Part shown: piece after piece, positions 29,896 to 39,629 of the stretch
How the letters are laid out: each line of letters begins with the position of its first letter
Position numbering within the stretch: position 1 is the first letter of the stretch
Origin: Candidatus Microgenomates bacterium
GTDB taxonomy: Bacteria > Patescibacteriota > Microgenomatia > UBA8517
Length of the DNA stretch: 64,000 nt
Assembly: GCA_049519355.1 (NCBI GenBank)
Contig: JBEKQV010000001.1
Coordinates: 64,688-128,687, forward strand
Reading direction: 5' to 3'
The notes under the pieces: generated by a model
Seen by the model: only the letters and a program-made list of their open reading frames with translations
Databases searched by the model: none
What the model was told of the DNA's origin: nothing
Translations under genes and position numbers: made by a program

Positions 29896-30201
29896 TTATT
29901 TCCTGGAGGACTTCTTTCCTTTCATCTCTTTCCACTCATCCTTCATCATCATTTTAATTCTCATTTTCATAATGCAGTAAACCGCATATTTGATAAACGA
30001 AAAAAGGAAAACAACTCCGGCAACAATAATAATCCATTTAATTACCACATATGGATTAATTGACGGAAAAACAAATCCGAGTCCAAAAATAAGAAGCATT
30101 CCAAAAACAGAAAAAGAAATGGACATTAAAATATCCATTTTGAGTTGCCTTTGCATCCACTTCATCTTCATCCACTTCATGTCTTTTATATCATCTTTCA
30201 T
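29896..30201 (-). CDS. Met/Lys-rich two-TM protein
   Basis: Translationally coupled to lysS; MKWMKMKWM and MKMRIKMMMK tracts flank two TM helices. Confidence 0.65.
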   Translation of the reverse strand: MKDDIKDMKWMKMKWMQRQLKMDILMSISFSVFGMLLIFGLGFVFPSINPYVVIKWIIIVAGVVFLFSFIKYAVYCIMKMRIKMMMKDEWKEMKGKKSSRK

Positions 30202-31754
30202 AAATTAATCACCTCCTTAAGTCTTGCGAGTACTTTATCTTTTCCAAGATTATAAAGCAAGAGGCCAGCTCGCGGGCCATGAGTTTTCCCAATTAGCGCC
30301 ACATAAATCGCCACAAATGCGTCTTTGGCGTTAATTTTTTTGTCCTTGGAAATTTCATAAAGACTTACCTGCATTGCTTCGGCATCTTTGCCCAATTCGT
30401 TATATTTCGCAACAACTGCATGCAAATACTCTTTCTGATCTTCGGTAAAATTCTCGACTGCTTTGGGAATTTCTTTTGTCAGATCAAACTTAAAAGTCTC
30501 GGGGGCATAATTTTCAAGCCAAACTTTCGCATATCTAATTCTTTCGGTAATTAAATCTTTCGGACTTTTGGCAAATTTATTTTTAATTTCACCGTCAGTC
30601 AATCCCTGAGATAAATAATTGGCAATTTCCCTAAATCTTGGAATTTCAACCTTATTTCTTTCGGGAAGTTCATGTTTAATCTGAGAAAGAACAAACGTTC
30701 TTGCCAGGTCGGTTTCTTTTCCGTCAATATACGCCTTCCAAGCCTCATCATAGTCGTCAAAAAGATCGGGAATCGCATCGGTTCCGTAGGGATCAAAGTT
30801 GGATTGCTCTTTATAATCTTTCCGGACAAAAAGATATCGGGCAACCGCGGCGGGCAAAATTTTAACTATGTCATGTGCCTTAAGACCTAAGCCTTTAGAG
30901 GAAGACATCTTCTTCCCACCAATGAGAAGGAACTCGTAGGGAAGCTTAAATGGAGGCGGATAGCTAAAAACTTCTCGGCAAAGCGCCATGGCAATATCAT
31001 AAGAGCCTCCCGCCGAGGCATGATCCTTTCCAGCTCCTTCTATGGTTACCCCAATAACTTTCCAGTGAGCTGCCCAGTCAACTTTCCACGGAAGCTTTCC
31101 ATTTCCCCCAAAAGGAGAAATCTTCCCGGTATGACCGCAACCTTTTGCCCAAGTTACAAGGTCTGGTTCACATTTATAAGTGACTTTCTCTCCGTCCCAT
31201 CCAGTCACTTTGGTTGTGCCCAGTTTTCCGCAATTTTCACAAATTACCTGCAAAGGAAGCCATCCTTGTTCCTTTTTGTTGCTTCCTGAGACTTTTTGAT
31301 AAATTTCCTGTATTTTTTCTCCATTATCGAGAGCTTCTTTGATTACGCCGTCAAATTTTCCTTCATGATACATGTCCCAGGAAGATAAATAGTTCGCTTC
31401 AAATCCCAAAGTTTCAAGGGATTTTTTAAGATCATTAATAAGAAAATCGGCAAGGTTTTTAAAATTGGGGTCCGGCGAAGGAACCATCTTCAGAGGTTCG
31501 CCGAAATGATCGAATAGTTTTTCTTTTAGTTCCGGAGGAAATTCATCGGCAGAGTCAAAGTCATTAAAAACGTAAGTGAGAGTCGCTTCCTGACCCGCGT
31601 CTTTTAAAGCTCGGTAAATACAGCTATGAATAACAGGGCCAAGCATAGAACCGATATGGGCAAAGCCTGAAGGGGTCTTCATATCATCAACCCAATAAGG
31701 TTGATATTTCCCCGAGTCTACAATTTCTTTAGCTACCTTATCTGCCCAATGCAT
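30198..31754 (-). CDS. lysS: Lysine--tRNA ligase, class I
   Basis: MHWAD, TPSG..HIG, GKLPWKVDW, GKDH, KMSSSKG. Confidence 0.95.
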   Translation of the reverse strand: MHWADKVAKEIVDSGKYQPYWVDDMKTPSGFAHIGSMLGPVIHSCIYRALKDAGQEATLTYVFNDFDSADEFPPELKEKLFDHFGEPLKMVPSPDPNFKNLADFLINDLKKSLETLGFEANYLSSWDMYHEGKFDGVIKEALDNGEKIQEIYQKVSGSNKKEQGWLPLQVICENCGKLGTTKVTGWDGEKVTYKCEPDLVTWAKGCGHTGKISPFGGNGKLPWKVDWAAHWKVIGVTIEGAGKDHASAGGSYDIAMALCREVFSYPPPFKLPYEFLLIGGKKMSSSKGLGLKAHDIVKILPAAVARYLFVRKDYKEQSNFDPYGTDAIPDLFDDYDEAWKAYIDGKETDLARTFVLSQIKHELPERNKVEIPRFREIANYLSQGLTDGEIKNKFAKSPKDLITERIRYAKVWLENYAPETFKFDLTKEIPKAVENFTEDQKEYLHAVVAKYNELGKDAEAMQVSLYEISKDKKINAKDAFVAIYVALIGKTHGPRAGLLLYNLGKDKVLARLKEVINL

Positions 31755-31801
31755 ACCCTATTCTAGCTTCACGACGAGTATTATTCAATGGATACCGCGG
31801 C

Positions 31802-32269
31802 TTATTCGATAGCCAATATCTCGTACTGAAGTTTTCCCGCCGGAGCCTCAACTTCGACCCTATCTCCAACTTTTTTACCGGATAAAGCAATACCAAGTGG
31901 TGAGTCATGGGAAATTTTCTTATTAATAGGATCCGCTTCCCATTCGCCAACAATTTCAAAAATAGTTTTGGCACCGTTTACCTTGACGGTAACTTTAGCT
32001 CCAACAGAAACCCCGTCTTTACCGCCTTTAGCACCAGTGGAAACCACGGCTGCGGTCTTAACGACTTCGGTAAGCTCATCAATCCTTCCATCTAAAAACT
32101 CCAGCTCTTCTTTAGCACTTTGATAATCGCTGTTTTCACTCAGATCCCCTTGTGAACGGGCGTTGGCCAAACGCTCCACAAGTTTTGGCCTTTTAACATC
32201 ACGGAGCTCCTCGAGTTCTTTCCTCAAGGTTTCCAGGCCCTGTTTCGTAAGCTTTAAATCGTTTTTCAT
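31802..32269 (-). CDS. greA: Transcription elongation factor GreA
   Basis: GDLSENSDY, ISHDSPLG, APAG. Confidence 0.96.
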   Translation of the reverse strand: MKNDLKLTKQGLETLRKELEELRDVKRPKLVERLANARSQGDLSENSDYQSAKEELEFLDGRIDELTEVVKTAAVVSTGAKGGKDGVSVGAKVTVKVNGAKTIFEIVGEWEADPINKKISHDSPLGIALSGKKVGDRVEVEAPAGKLQYEILAIE

Positions 32270-32282
32270 ATTCTTTTAATCT

Positions 32283-32390
32283 AAAACAAAAGCTCTCCTT
32301 TATCTTGGAGAGCTTGTAATTTACAACTTTTCTCCAAGATTAGATAACCTTAATGTGGTTATCAAAGCAATCAGTGGAGAAATAAAAAGT
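32283..32390 (-). promoter_or_regulatory. Putative greA leader attenuator (terminator/antiterminator/anti-antiterminator)
   Basis: Hairpin 32290-32298/32307-32315 plus U-tract; 32302-32311 complementary to 32331-32340; 32330-32336 complementary to 32375-32381. Confidence 0.7.
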
Positions 32391-32414
32391 CATATTTTTA
32401 GGTCAACGAGGGAG

Positions 32415-32443
32415 ATTTTAACCTTTAGGCAGGCTAATGTCAA
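32415..32443 (-). promoter_or_regulatory. Sigma70-type promoter of greA
   Basis: TTGACA-17 nt-TAAAAT on minus strand. Confidence 0.8.
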
Positions 32444-32472
32444 GAAATCAAAGGGTATCATATTGTTATTTG

Positions 32473-32545
32473 TGACCCCATTGGGACTCGAACCCAAGTT
32501 ACCAGGATGAGAACCTGGTGTCCTAGACCGCTAGACGATGGGGCC
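32473..32545 (-). tRNA. tRNA-Glu(CTC), CCA not encoded
   Basis: GGCCCCA...CCAGG-TT-CTC-AT-CCTGG...GGTTCGAGTCC...TGGGGTCA cloverleaf. Confidence 0.95.
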
Positions 32546-32603
32546 CTGTCGGTTAAACAAGCACAACATCTGCAGTATACCAAAATTGAAGCTGGAAAAC
32601 TAA

Positions 32604-33320
32604 TTATTGGCCAACAACCCCCGGGGCAGTTCCGTAAATTACAACTTCCGTTCCGGGATTTGCAGCCGTAGCATAAGTCGTATTGCCTTCCGTTGGAGGG
32701 TCTGCCCACTCATACAATTTCTCTGCATTTTCCGGACTGATATTGACACATCCGTGGCTCATCGGATGGCCAAAATTATTATGCCAATAGGCTCCATGGA
32801 GGCTAAAACCTTCGCCTTCTCCCACCTGGTCATTGGCAAAGAACATTACCCAGGGTACATTGGGAAGATCATAGGCATCAGCTCCCATTCCGCCGGTCAT
32901 ACGTGTGTAGCGAAGTTTTACCCAAATATGGAAAGTGCCGGTAGGCGTCGGATGCCATTTTCCGCTGGAAATAGGAAAACTCATTACAACCTGGTTATTT
33001 TGGTATGCGTAAAGCATCTGATTGGTAAGATCAACTTCAATTCTTTTAGCCTCAGGTGGAACCGTGCCGAGAACATTATTCTTAACCACCGGCTCCTCAG
33101 CAATATATGACGGGACCGAAACTTTTTCGCCCATAAATTGTCCTGTTTTCGCATTCGGGTCATAGTTACCAGAAAGATCGCTTATGCAACTAACTGAATT
33201 GGCACAGAAGGATGACTTAAATGAAAGCTTAAGAACAGTAAAACCTAATACAAAGATTGCCAAAATAGCCGTACCAATCCCCAAAAATCTGAACTTTTTT
33301 CTCGAGGATCTTTTTGACAT
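32604..33320 (-). CDS. L,D-transpeptidase (YkuD family)
   Basis: IEVDL..Q, PTPTG.F, HGAYWHNNFG..SHGCVN. Confidence 0.92.
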   Translation of the reverse strand: MSKRSSRKKFRFLGIGTAILAIFVLGFTVLKLSFKSSFCANSVSCISDLSGNYDPNAKTGQFMGEKVSVPSYIAEEPVVKNNVLGTVPPEAKRIEVDLTNQMLYAYQNNQVVMSFPISSGKWHPTPTGTFHIWVKLRYTRMTGGMGADAYDLPNVPWVMFFANDQVGEGEGFSLHGAYWHNNFGHPMSHGCVNISPENAEKLYEWADPPTEGNTTYATAANPGTEVVIYGTAPGVVGQ

Positions 33321-33371
33321 ACACTCCAGATTAGCGGATTTTACTCTTTCTGTAAACATAACTAAGTAAGA

Positions 33372-33434
33372 TTGATTTATGTCTTATAGTTTGATATAAT
33401 ACGTTCATTAGGTTCCCAAGAGGGAACCTTTTTT
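33372..33434 (+). promoter_or_regulatory. Promoter followed by terminator-like hairpin in the 5' region of the VanW-like gene
   Basis: TTGATT-17-TATAAT, then AGGTTCCC-aaga-GGGAACCT-TTTTT. Confidence 0.55.
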
Positions 33435-33440
33435 AATCAC

Positions 33441-34064
33441 ATGTTAGGCACACTTATCGGTTTACTTATGCTAATAAGGACCTCTGCCAAGCCTCAAGTT
33501 CAAGGCAGTTCGAGCGTGGTTTTGGCCTCCCACAGCTTCTCGCTTGAGGATAGGTATTCAAATACCTTCGTAAATGACGTGTTCAAAGACAACATCTTAC
33601 TTGCACTTGCCTATATGGACGGCTCCATTAAAGATAAGGCTGACATTTCCTGGAACCAAGTTGAGTCTCCTTTTAATTATGAGTTCACCCTTGAGCCTGG
33701 GCAGGAATTTGCTTTCCACGACTCTACCCTTCCCGACTACAGCGAAAACGTGGTTAAAACTACAAATGCCCACTTTATGTGGGATGAAGGCTTTAAGAGT
33801 GATGGAGATTTGACCGGAGACGGAGTTTGCCACCTAGCTTCACTTATTTATTGGACTGCAAAAGACGCAGGTTTAAATGCGTATGCACCTTCAAACCACA
33901 ACTTTGCTGTTATTCCTGACGTGCCTAAAGAGTATGGTGTTGCAATCATGAGTCCAAGTCCTTTGGGAAATTTATATATTATCGATAGCCTAGAAAAACC
34001 CGTCAGCTTCATATTCAATTACGACGGAACAAACCTTAGTGTAAGTGCTGTTGAGCAGAGCTAA
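33441..34064 (+). CDS. VanW-like domain protein
   Basis: LEPGQEF.F, GDGVCHLASLIY...AGL.....NH. Confidence 0.7.
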   Translation: MLGTLIGLLMLIRTSAKPQVQGSSSVVLASHSFSLEDRYSNTFVNDVFKDNILLALAYMDGSIKDKADISWNQVESPFNYEFTLEPGQEFAFHDSTLPDYSENVVKTTNAHFMWDEGFKSDGDLTGDGVCHLASLIYWTAKDAGLNAYAPSNHNFAVIPDVPKEYGVAIMSPSPLGNLYIIDSLEKPVSFIFNYDGTNLSVSAVEQS

Positions 34065-34071
34065 GTGTGAA

Positions 34072-36498
34072 TTAATTAGCAGCCAGAGACGTAGAAATCG
34101 GGGTAAACTTCTTTTCGAGTTTTGATTTTGGCTGCCAGTTTTTGACGGCAACCTTCAACACATCTTCCACTTCTTCGGCAAAAACGAATTTTATATCCTT
34201 TTTAACCGATTCTGGAATATCGTCCATATCTTTCCTATTATCCTTAGGGGCGATTATCGTGGTCAATCCGGCTCTATGGCCAGCAATTGACTTTTCCTTA
34301 AGCCCGCCTATTTCCATCACCCTACCCCTAAGCGTAACCTCGCCGGTCATTCCAATGTTGCGCCTGACAGGGTTCCCTGTGAGGGCCGATACCAAAGCAG
34401 TGGTAATTGCAACTCCGGCTGAAGGACCGTCCTTGGGGACCGCTCCCTCAGGAACATGAATATGGACATCTATATTTTCGGCAAAATTTGGTTTAAGGCC
34501 AAGTTCATAATAATGCGACCTGGTCCAGGTAAATGCCGCCTTCGCGCTTTCCTGCATGACGTCACCAAGCTGCCCCGTTAAAAGAAGCTTACCTTTCCCC
34601 GGCATTAATGAAACTTCGATGAAAAGTATTTCCCCACCAAATGGAGTAACCGAAAGCCCGGTGCTCATTCCGACCTCATCCTTTTTCTCGGCTATTTGCG
34701 ACGTAAATCGCTGAGATCCCAAGAACTTTCTGACATCGGCTACTTCAATTTTTCTGGGATACTTTTTCTTCTCGGCTACAAGTCTAGCCACCTTCCTGCA
34801 TACGTTGGCCAAATTTCTCTCCAGATTCCTTACCCCGGCCTCACGTGTGTAGCTTCCTATAACCTCCTTGAGACCTGCGTCGGAAATCTCAATTTTCCAA
34901 CCTTCAAGACCTTGTGCTTCAAGCTGCTTCGGCCAGAGGAATTTTCTGGCAATGTGGAACTTTTCCGTCTCGGTATAACCCGGAAAAGTAATTACTTCCA
35001 TTCTGTCCCTTAAGGGAGCCGGAATCGTATCAAGCATGTTTCCGGTACAAATAAACATTACTTCGCTCAAATCAAAAGGAACTTCAAGGTAATGATCGGA
35101 GAATTCTTTATTTTGTTCAGGATCCAGCGCCTCAAGAAGTGCGCTTGACGGATCCCCTCGAAAGTCAACTCCGATTTTATCTATTTCGTCAAGCATAAAC
35201 ACAGGATTCTTTGTACCGGCATTTTTAACACCTTGAATAATTCTCCCGGGCATAGCCCCAACGTAAGTTCGCCTATGACCTCGGATCTCAGCCTCATCCC
35301 TAATTCCACCCAAAGACACCCTGACAAATTTTCTATTCAAAGCCCTTGCAATAGACTTACCAATAGAAGTCTTACCAACCCCAGGCGGGCCTATAAAGCA
35401 AAGAATTGTAGGATGGGCCTCCGTTACACCCTTGTCATGGCCTTTCTGATCTTTTTTAAGCTTCATTACCGCCAAAAATTCCAAAATTCTCTCTTTCGCC
35501 TTCTCAATTCCATAATGGTCGTCTTCCAAAATCTTTTCGGCCTTCTTCATAGCCACATTATTGGGGGTAGCCTTGCTCCAGGGCATATCGCAGAGCCAGT
35601 CCAGGTAATTTCTAATATACGCACCCTCAGGATTATTAGGAGGCATTTCACTTAGACGCTTCAACTCTTTTTCGGCGCGCTCTTTGACATCTACCGGCAT
35701 TCCGGCTTCCTTAATTTTGATTTTGTATTCTTTAAACTCTTCGCTGCTTATTTCACCCTCTTCATCCATTTCTCCCAGTTCTTCTTCAATTGTCATTTTC
35801 TTTTCCCTAAGCATTGCTTTTTTCATCTGATCCTCAAACCTTTTTTGGGTTTTATTGGAAATTGTCCTTTCAACCTCAAGCGCATTAACTTCTTTTGCCA
35901 AATACTCCAAAACGACCTGAAGCCTTTTTCTGACATTAGTTTCTTCTAAAATTTTCTGTTTTTCGGAAGGTTTAATTTCCAGAAGAGATGCCACTTGATC
36001 ACTCATTTCAACAGGTTCAACATTACCCGAAACGAGTTTCATTACAGTCATTATTTCGGCTTGCTTGCCAAGGTTTATAGATTTTTTGAAAAGCTCTTGG
36101 AGTTTCTTGGAAAGTATACCAATTTCCGTGTTTCCCTCGATTTCCTCGGGAATTTCCTCAACTTTTCCTATCAAATACGGTTCCTGAGCAATTACTTCTT
36201 TTAGAGAAACTCTTGCCTGACCCCTAATCAGAGCGTGAATTTCACCCTCCGTCGACATCATTTGTGTAATCGTGGCAATCGTTCCGATGTTGTTGAGATC
36301 TTCAAACACAGGATCTGCAGTCCTGGGATCCCTCTGGGAAAAAATGGCAATAACTCTGTCTTCTTGAAACGCAGAATTTATTGCGGCAACGCTTTTATTC
36401 CGCCCAAAAGACAGAAGTGTATCCGTGTGCGGAAAAACAACCGAACCTCTAACCGGAACTATCGGAACCCGTCTTGTCATATCTTGTTTTACAGGCAT
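34072..36498 (-). CDS. lon: ATP-dependent protease La
   Basis: GPPGVGKTS, GHRRTYVGAMPG, PKDGPSAG, GGLKEK. Confidence 0.98.
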   Translation of the reverse strand: MPVKQDMTRRVPIVPVRGSVVFPHTDTLLSFGRNKSVAAINSAFQEDRVIAIFSQRDPRTADPVFEDLNNIGTIATITQMMSTEGEIHALIRGQARVSLKEVIAQEPYLIGKVEEIPEEIEGNTEIGILSKKLQELFKKSINLGKQAEIMTVMKLVSGNVEPVEMSDQVASLLEIKPSEKQKILEETNVRKRLQVVLEYLAKEVNALEVERTISNKTQKRFEDQMKKAMLREKKMTIEEELGEMDEEGEISSEEFKEYKIKIKEAGMPVDVKERAEKELKRLSEMPPNNPEGAYIRNYLDWLCDMPWSKATPNNVAMKKAEKILEDDHYGIEKAKERILEFLAVMKLKKDQKGHDKGVTEAHPTILCFIGPPGVGKTSIGKSIARALNRKFVRVSLGGIRDEAEIRGHRRTYVGAMPGRIIQGVKNAGTKNPVFMLDEIDKIGVDFRGDPSSALLEALDPEQNKEFSDHYLEVPFDLSEVMFICTGNMLDTIPAPLRDRMEVITFPGYTETEKFHIARKFLWPKQLEAQGLEGWKIEISDAGLKEVIGSYTREAGVRNLERNLANVCRKVARLVAEKKKYPRKIEVADVRKFLGSQRFTSQIAEKKDEVGMSTGLSVTPFGGEILFIEVSLMPGKGKLLLTGQLGDVMQESAKAAFTWTRSHYYELGLKPNFAENIDVHIHVPEGAVPKDGPSAGVAITTALVSALTGNPVRRNIGMTGEVTLRGRVMEIGGLKEKSIAGHRAGLTTIIAPKDNRKDMDDIPESVKKDIKFVFAEEVEDVLKVAVKNWQPKSKLEKKFTPISTSLAAN

Positions 36499-36501
36499 AT
36501 T

Positions 36502-36528
36502 TTAGCAGTCTAAATGATCGATTGCTAA
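36502..36528 (-). promoter_or_regulatory. CIRCE operator (HrcA site) overlapping the lon promoter
   Basis: TTAGCAATC-N9-GACTGCTAA vs consensus TTAGCACTC-N9-GAGTGCTAA; promoter TTGACA(36530-35)-17-TAGACT(36507-12). Confidence 0.85.
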
Positions 36529-36575
36529 TTGTCAAGTCTGCTTTTATCCTTTCATTTCATGGTATCATTTAATTA

Positions 36576-36941
36576 ATGAAATCAAACCATTCACTCGTCA
36601 AAAGTTTCCGGTTTGCATTCGACGGATTGAAAGTTACATTCGTGAGAGGCAGAAATTTCAGAATTCAAGTAGCTTTAGGCACTTTAGCGGTTATCCTCGG
36701 CGTTTTATTTAAAATATCAGATTTTGATTGGGTTGATTTAATTCTAATTATTGCGGCGGTTCTTATTTTGGAACTGCTTAATACTTCAATCGAAGCGATA
36801 GTGGATATTGTAAGTCCCGAAATTCAAGAAAAGGCCAAGATCGCAAAAGATGTTTCCGCAGCAGCAGTTTTGATAGCTTCGTTTGCCGCTATTGTAATAG
36901 GGGCTATATTTTTCCTGCCTAAAATCCTAAGTTTTCTTTAA
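36576..36941 (+). CDS. dgkA: Diacylglycerol/undecaprenol kinase family protein
   Basis: SFRFAFDG, ELLNTSIE.IVD, AKDVSAAAVL. Confidence 0.9.
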   Translation: MKSNHSLVKSFRFAFDGLKVTFVRGRNFRIQVALGTLAVILGVLFKISDFDWVDLILIIAAVLILELLNTSIEAIVDIVSPEIQEKAKIAKDVSAAAVLIASFAAIVIGAIFFLPKILSFL

Positions 36942-37533
36942 CGATAATCATTGTTATTCTTCCGGGTCTAAACTCATTATTAAAAATCAGTAGTTTTCCT
37001 ATGTTGCTTCCTTTAGCATTCCCCAAGCCCCTCTGACGTTCAGACTCTTTCGGAAGCGAATATTCATAGACCCTTCTAATCCCCTCATCCCAATTTTTGA
37101 CAATTTTTTGAGATCCCACTACCCATATAACATGGGGTGAGGCATAGGCATAAACTCCCAACTGACTTCCAGTATTACTGGCAATAAAAACATGTCCATC
37201 GGCACTGACCGCATGAACACTCCCCAACGTCCAATCGGGGGCCGCTCCCAATTTTTGCATTTTAACGCCTTGTGTTGCTCTATCCATTTTCATTAACTTT
37301 GCCTTAACCGAATTGTAATTTCCGGATTTGTTAATTTCTTTAGTAATTCCGGCTGCCTCGAGAGTTTGTGAAGATATTGTCATTACTTCGGCGCCTTTTG
37401 GAAGAATTTCCAAAACTTTCCGTCTGGCTTCCTCGGCATTTTCCACAACAAATACTTCAACCCCCTCCACTGTTAATGAAGTCTTGGTTTTTTGGATTGA
37501 CTCGTCACTTGCAAGTTGAGACCAGTTCTTCAT
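36919..37533 (-). CDS. LUD (LutC/YkgG-like) domain protein
   Basis: SVHAVSADG, VIWVVGSQKIV, ENLGF terminus. Confidence 0.8.
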   Translation of the reverse strand: MKNWSQLASDESIQKTKTSLTVEGVEVFVVENAEEARRKVLEILPKGAEVMTISSQTLEAAGITKEINKSGNYNSVKAKLMKMDRATQGVKMQKLGAAPDWTLGSVHAVSADGHVFIASNTGSQLGVYAYASPHVIWVVGSQKIVKNWDEGIRRVYEYSLPKESERQRGLGNAKGSNIGKLLIFNNEFRPGRITMIIVKENLGF

Positions 37534-37584
37534 AACCTTAATTTTACACCAAAAATTTCCTTATCGGGATAAAAAGTTGTATAA

Positions 37585-39099
37585 ATGCTAACTATGGATA
37601 AATCTTTAGTAGCCTTGACTTCGCTTCTCACCTATGGCCAGGGAGAGAAATCTGAGAGTGAAACTGTCAACGATTTTGTGGGGACTTTGGCCCGGGCTTA
37701 CGAAAAAGCCAGAAATGCGCTTGAATACAGAGCCGATAATCTTGTCCGGCGTGCTGCAATTGAGCGGATTTTAAGGAGAAGAATCCTTCTAAATAAAGAT
37801 CCTCATACCCTTACAGAAAAGCTTTTAACGGAACTCAAGTGGGCAAGATATCTATCGACCGATGAAGTGAAAAACACAAAAAGACTGGGGCTCGAAAAAA
37901 TCCTGGGAAAATATATTTCCTTCCTTAACAATTCTGTTCCAACTGAATGGGTTGTGAAAATTGCCTCTGCAGAAATTGAAGAGTTTTTTAACTTAAACAC
38001 AGATTACAAGCAATTTACTTTTTTCGCATTTCAGATAATTAAGCAGAAAATTGCTATTCATGATGAAAACATTGATTTGCTTATCTACTATGCGGTTGAC
38101 AAAGTCTACGCAGGATCGGACGACGAACAAATTGCATACCATATCTTGAAGTTAGCAGGTGAAAACACAACTAAAGAAATGTTTAAAGAAGCCTGGAGAC
38201 TTTTTCAATTGGCCAAAACAAACAAAAATGTTTCCAGAATCGGAAAGTTTGTACGTCGCCAGATGCCGCCTTTGGTACTTCTCAGAGACATTTATTTTTA
38301 TAAACCGTTGGATTTCAAGGAAGTCGTTGCCGATTCTACAAAATTTAAAACCCGTGCGGGTGAAGTTTTAAAAATACAGTTAGAACAGCTTTCGGGTAGG
38401 ATTAGAACTGCAGGAACCCGCAGTGTGATTTATGTTTTTCTTACAAAAATGATCTTGGCATTTGGATTGGAAGTTCCTCTGGAAATATTTTTTTACCAGC
38501 ACTTACACGGACTGCCTTTGGCAATAAACTTGGCCTTTCCGCCGCTTCTAATGCTTTTTGCCACTACTCAGATTAAACTTCCGTCGAAAAAAGAAGAAGA
38601 AGATTTAATCGCACGAACTTGGACAATTATTTCCAATCCGGACTCGCTTAAGATGGAAGATGATATTTTAATTGACACCGACAGTGATCAGGAAAAAGGA
38701 CTGGGGTGGTGGTTCTTTTCTATTCTTTACGGAATCTGCTTTGTAGGCGTCTTTGCATTAATATTCTTTGCCCTTGGAAAAATCGGTTTTACATTTTTCA
38801 GTAAAACAATATTTATTTTCTTCCTTTGCGTAATTGCTTTTTTTGCCTACAGGATTATACAAATTGCCAACGTTTATTCGTGGAAAAATAACGGTAGAGA
38901 AAAATCAAGTTTCTCCGATATTCTTGCAATCCCCATTCTTGCAATTGGTAGCCGGTTGAGCCAGGGTCTTTCCAAACTAAACTTTTTAGCATTCGCATTT
39001 GATTTCATACTTGAAGCACCTTTCAAACTTATCCTAGGCTTTTTGGACGATTGGGTTCAATTTCTGTCCTTGAAGAAAGAAGAACAAATTATCGAATAG
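37585..39099 (+). CDS. Hypothetical membrane protein
   Basis: 504-aa ORF, C-terminal TM segments. Confidence 0.75.
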   Translation: MLTMDKSLVALTSLLTYGQGEKSESETVNDFVGTLARAYEKARNALEYRADNLVRRAAIERILRRRILLNKDPHTLTEKLLTELKWARYLSTDEVKNTKRLGLEKILGKYISFLNNSVPTEWVVKIASAEIEEFFNLNTDYKQFTFFAFQIIKQKIAIHDENIDLLIYYAVDKVYAGSDDEQIAYHILKLAGENTTKEMFKEAWRLFQLAKTNKNVSRIGKFVRRQMPPLVLLRDIYFYKPLDFKEVVADSTKFKTRAGEVLKIQLEQLSGRIRTAGTRSVIYVFLTKMILAFGLEVPLEIFFYQHLHGLPLAINLAFPPLLMLFATTQIKLPSKKEEEDLIARTWTIISNPDSLKMEDDILIDTDSDQEKGLGWWFFSILYGICFVGVFALIFFALGKIGFTFFSKTIFIFFLCVIAFFAYRIIQIANVYSWKNNGREKSSFSDILAIPILAIGSRLSQGLSKLNFLAFAFDFILEAPFKLILGFLDDWVQFLSLKKEEQIIE

Positions 39100-39614
39100 G
39101 AAACTATTGCAAAAAGGTTGATTGCTATCCAGCCGACGAAAATATCACGACCGAGTTTATCAATCAAGAATTCCGTCTCTCTTAGTGATCTTCCGGCAAC
39201 GACAAAGCCGTTCAAACTTCCATCCGAATACTTATTTACAACTATCGCCTGTCTAACTCCCGGCTGAGGTTGCCATGTCACTCTTTCTTCACCGTTCTTT
39301 GCAACACTATCAAAAATCCCGGAAGGAATTACCGGAACTATTCCATTCAAGGTTGCGGAAGAAGATAAAACTTTTTTGTTTTGGTCAAGGATGATTATAT
39401 AAGGAGATAGACTTTGCGAAATCTCAACTTTTTCAGGCAAATTTATTGATTTTACCGAAAGTCCGCCATTTAGTTTATTGGCCGTATCTTCGGACAGTTG
39501 CACCTGGGGTTCATTTGCTCCAAGTCTAAGCATTTGCTGCGTTGTGCCATAAATCATTAAAGAAATTAGCGATATAAAAATGACAATAATTAAGATTCTA
39601 AAAAAATGTTTCAT
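39057..39614 (-). CDS. Two-TM protein resembling an extracytoplasmic sensor domain without kinase
   Basis: TM-soluble domain-TM; TWQP..GVR.A, VVAGRSL.E. Confidence 0.6.
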   Translation of the reverse strand: MKHFFRILIIVIFISLISLMIYGTTQQMLRLGANEPQVQLSEDTANKLNGGLSVKSINLPEKVEISQSLSPYIIILDQNKKVLSSSATLNGIVPVIPSGIFDSVAKNGEERVTWQPQPGVRQAIVVNKYSDGSLNGFVVAGRSLRETEFLIDKLGRDIFVGWIAINLFAIVSYSIICSSFFKDRN

Positions 39615-39629
39615 TCCGTCAATTATATG

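Noticed and set aside
30198-31754. Class I LysRS as a novelty
   Set aside because: It is already known from several bacterial lineages, so it was used only as a taxonomic hint.
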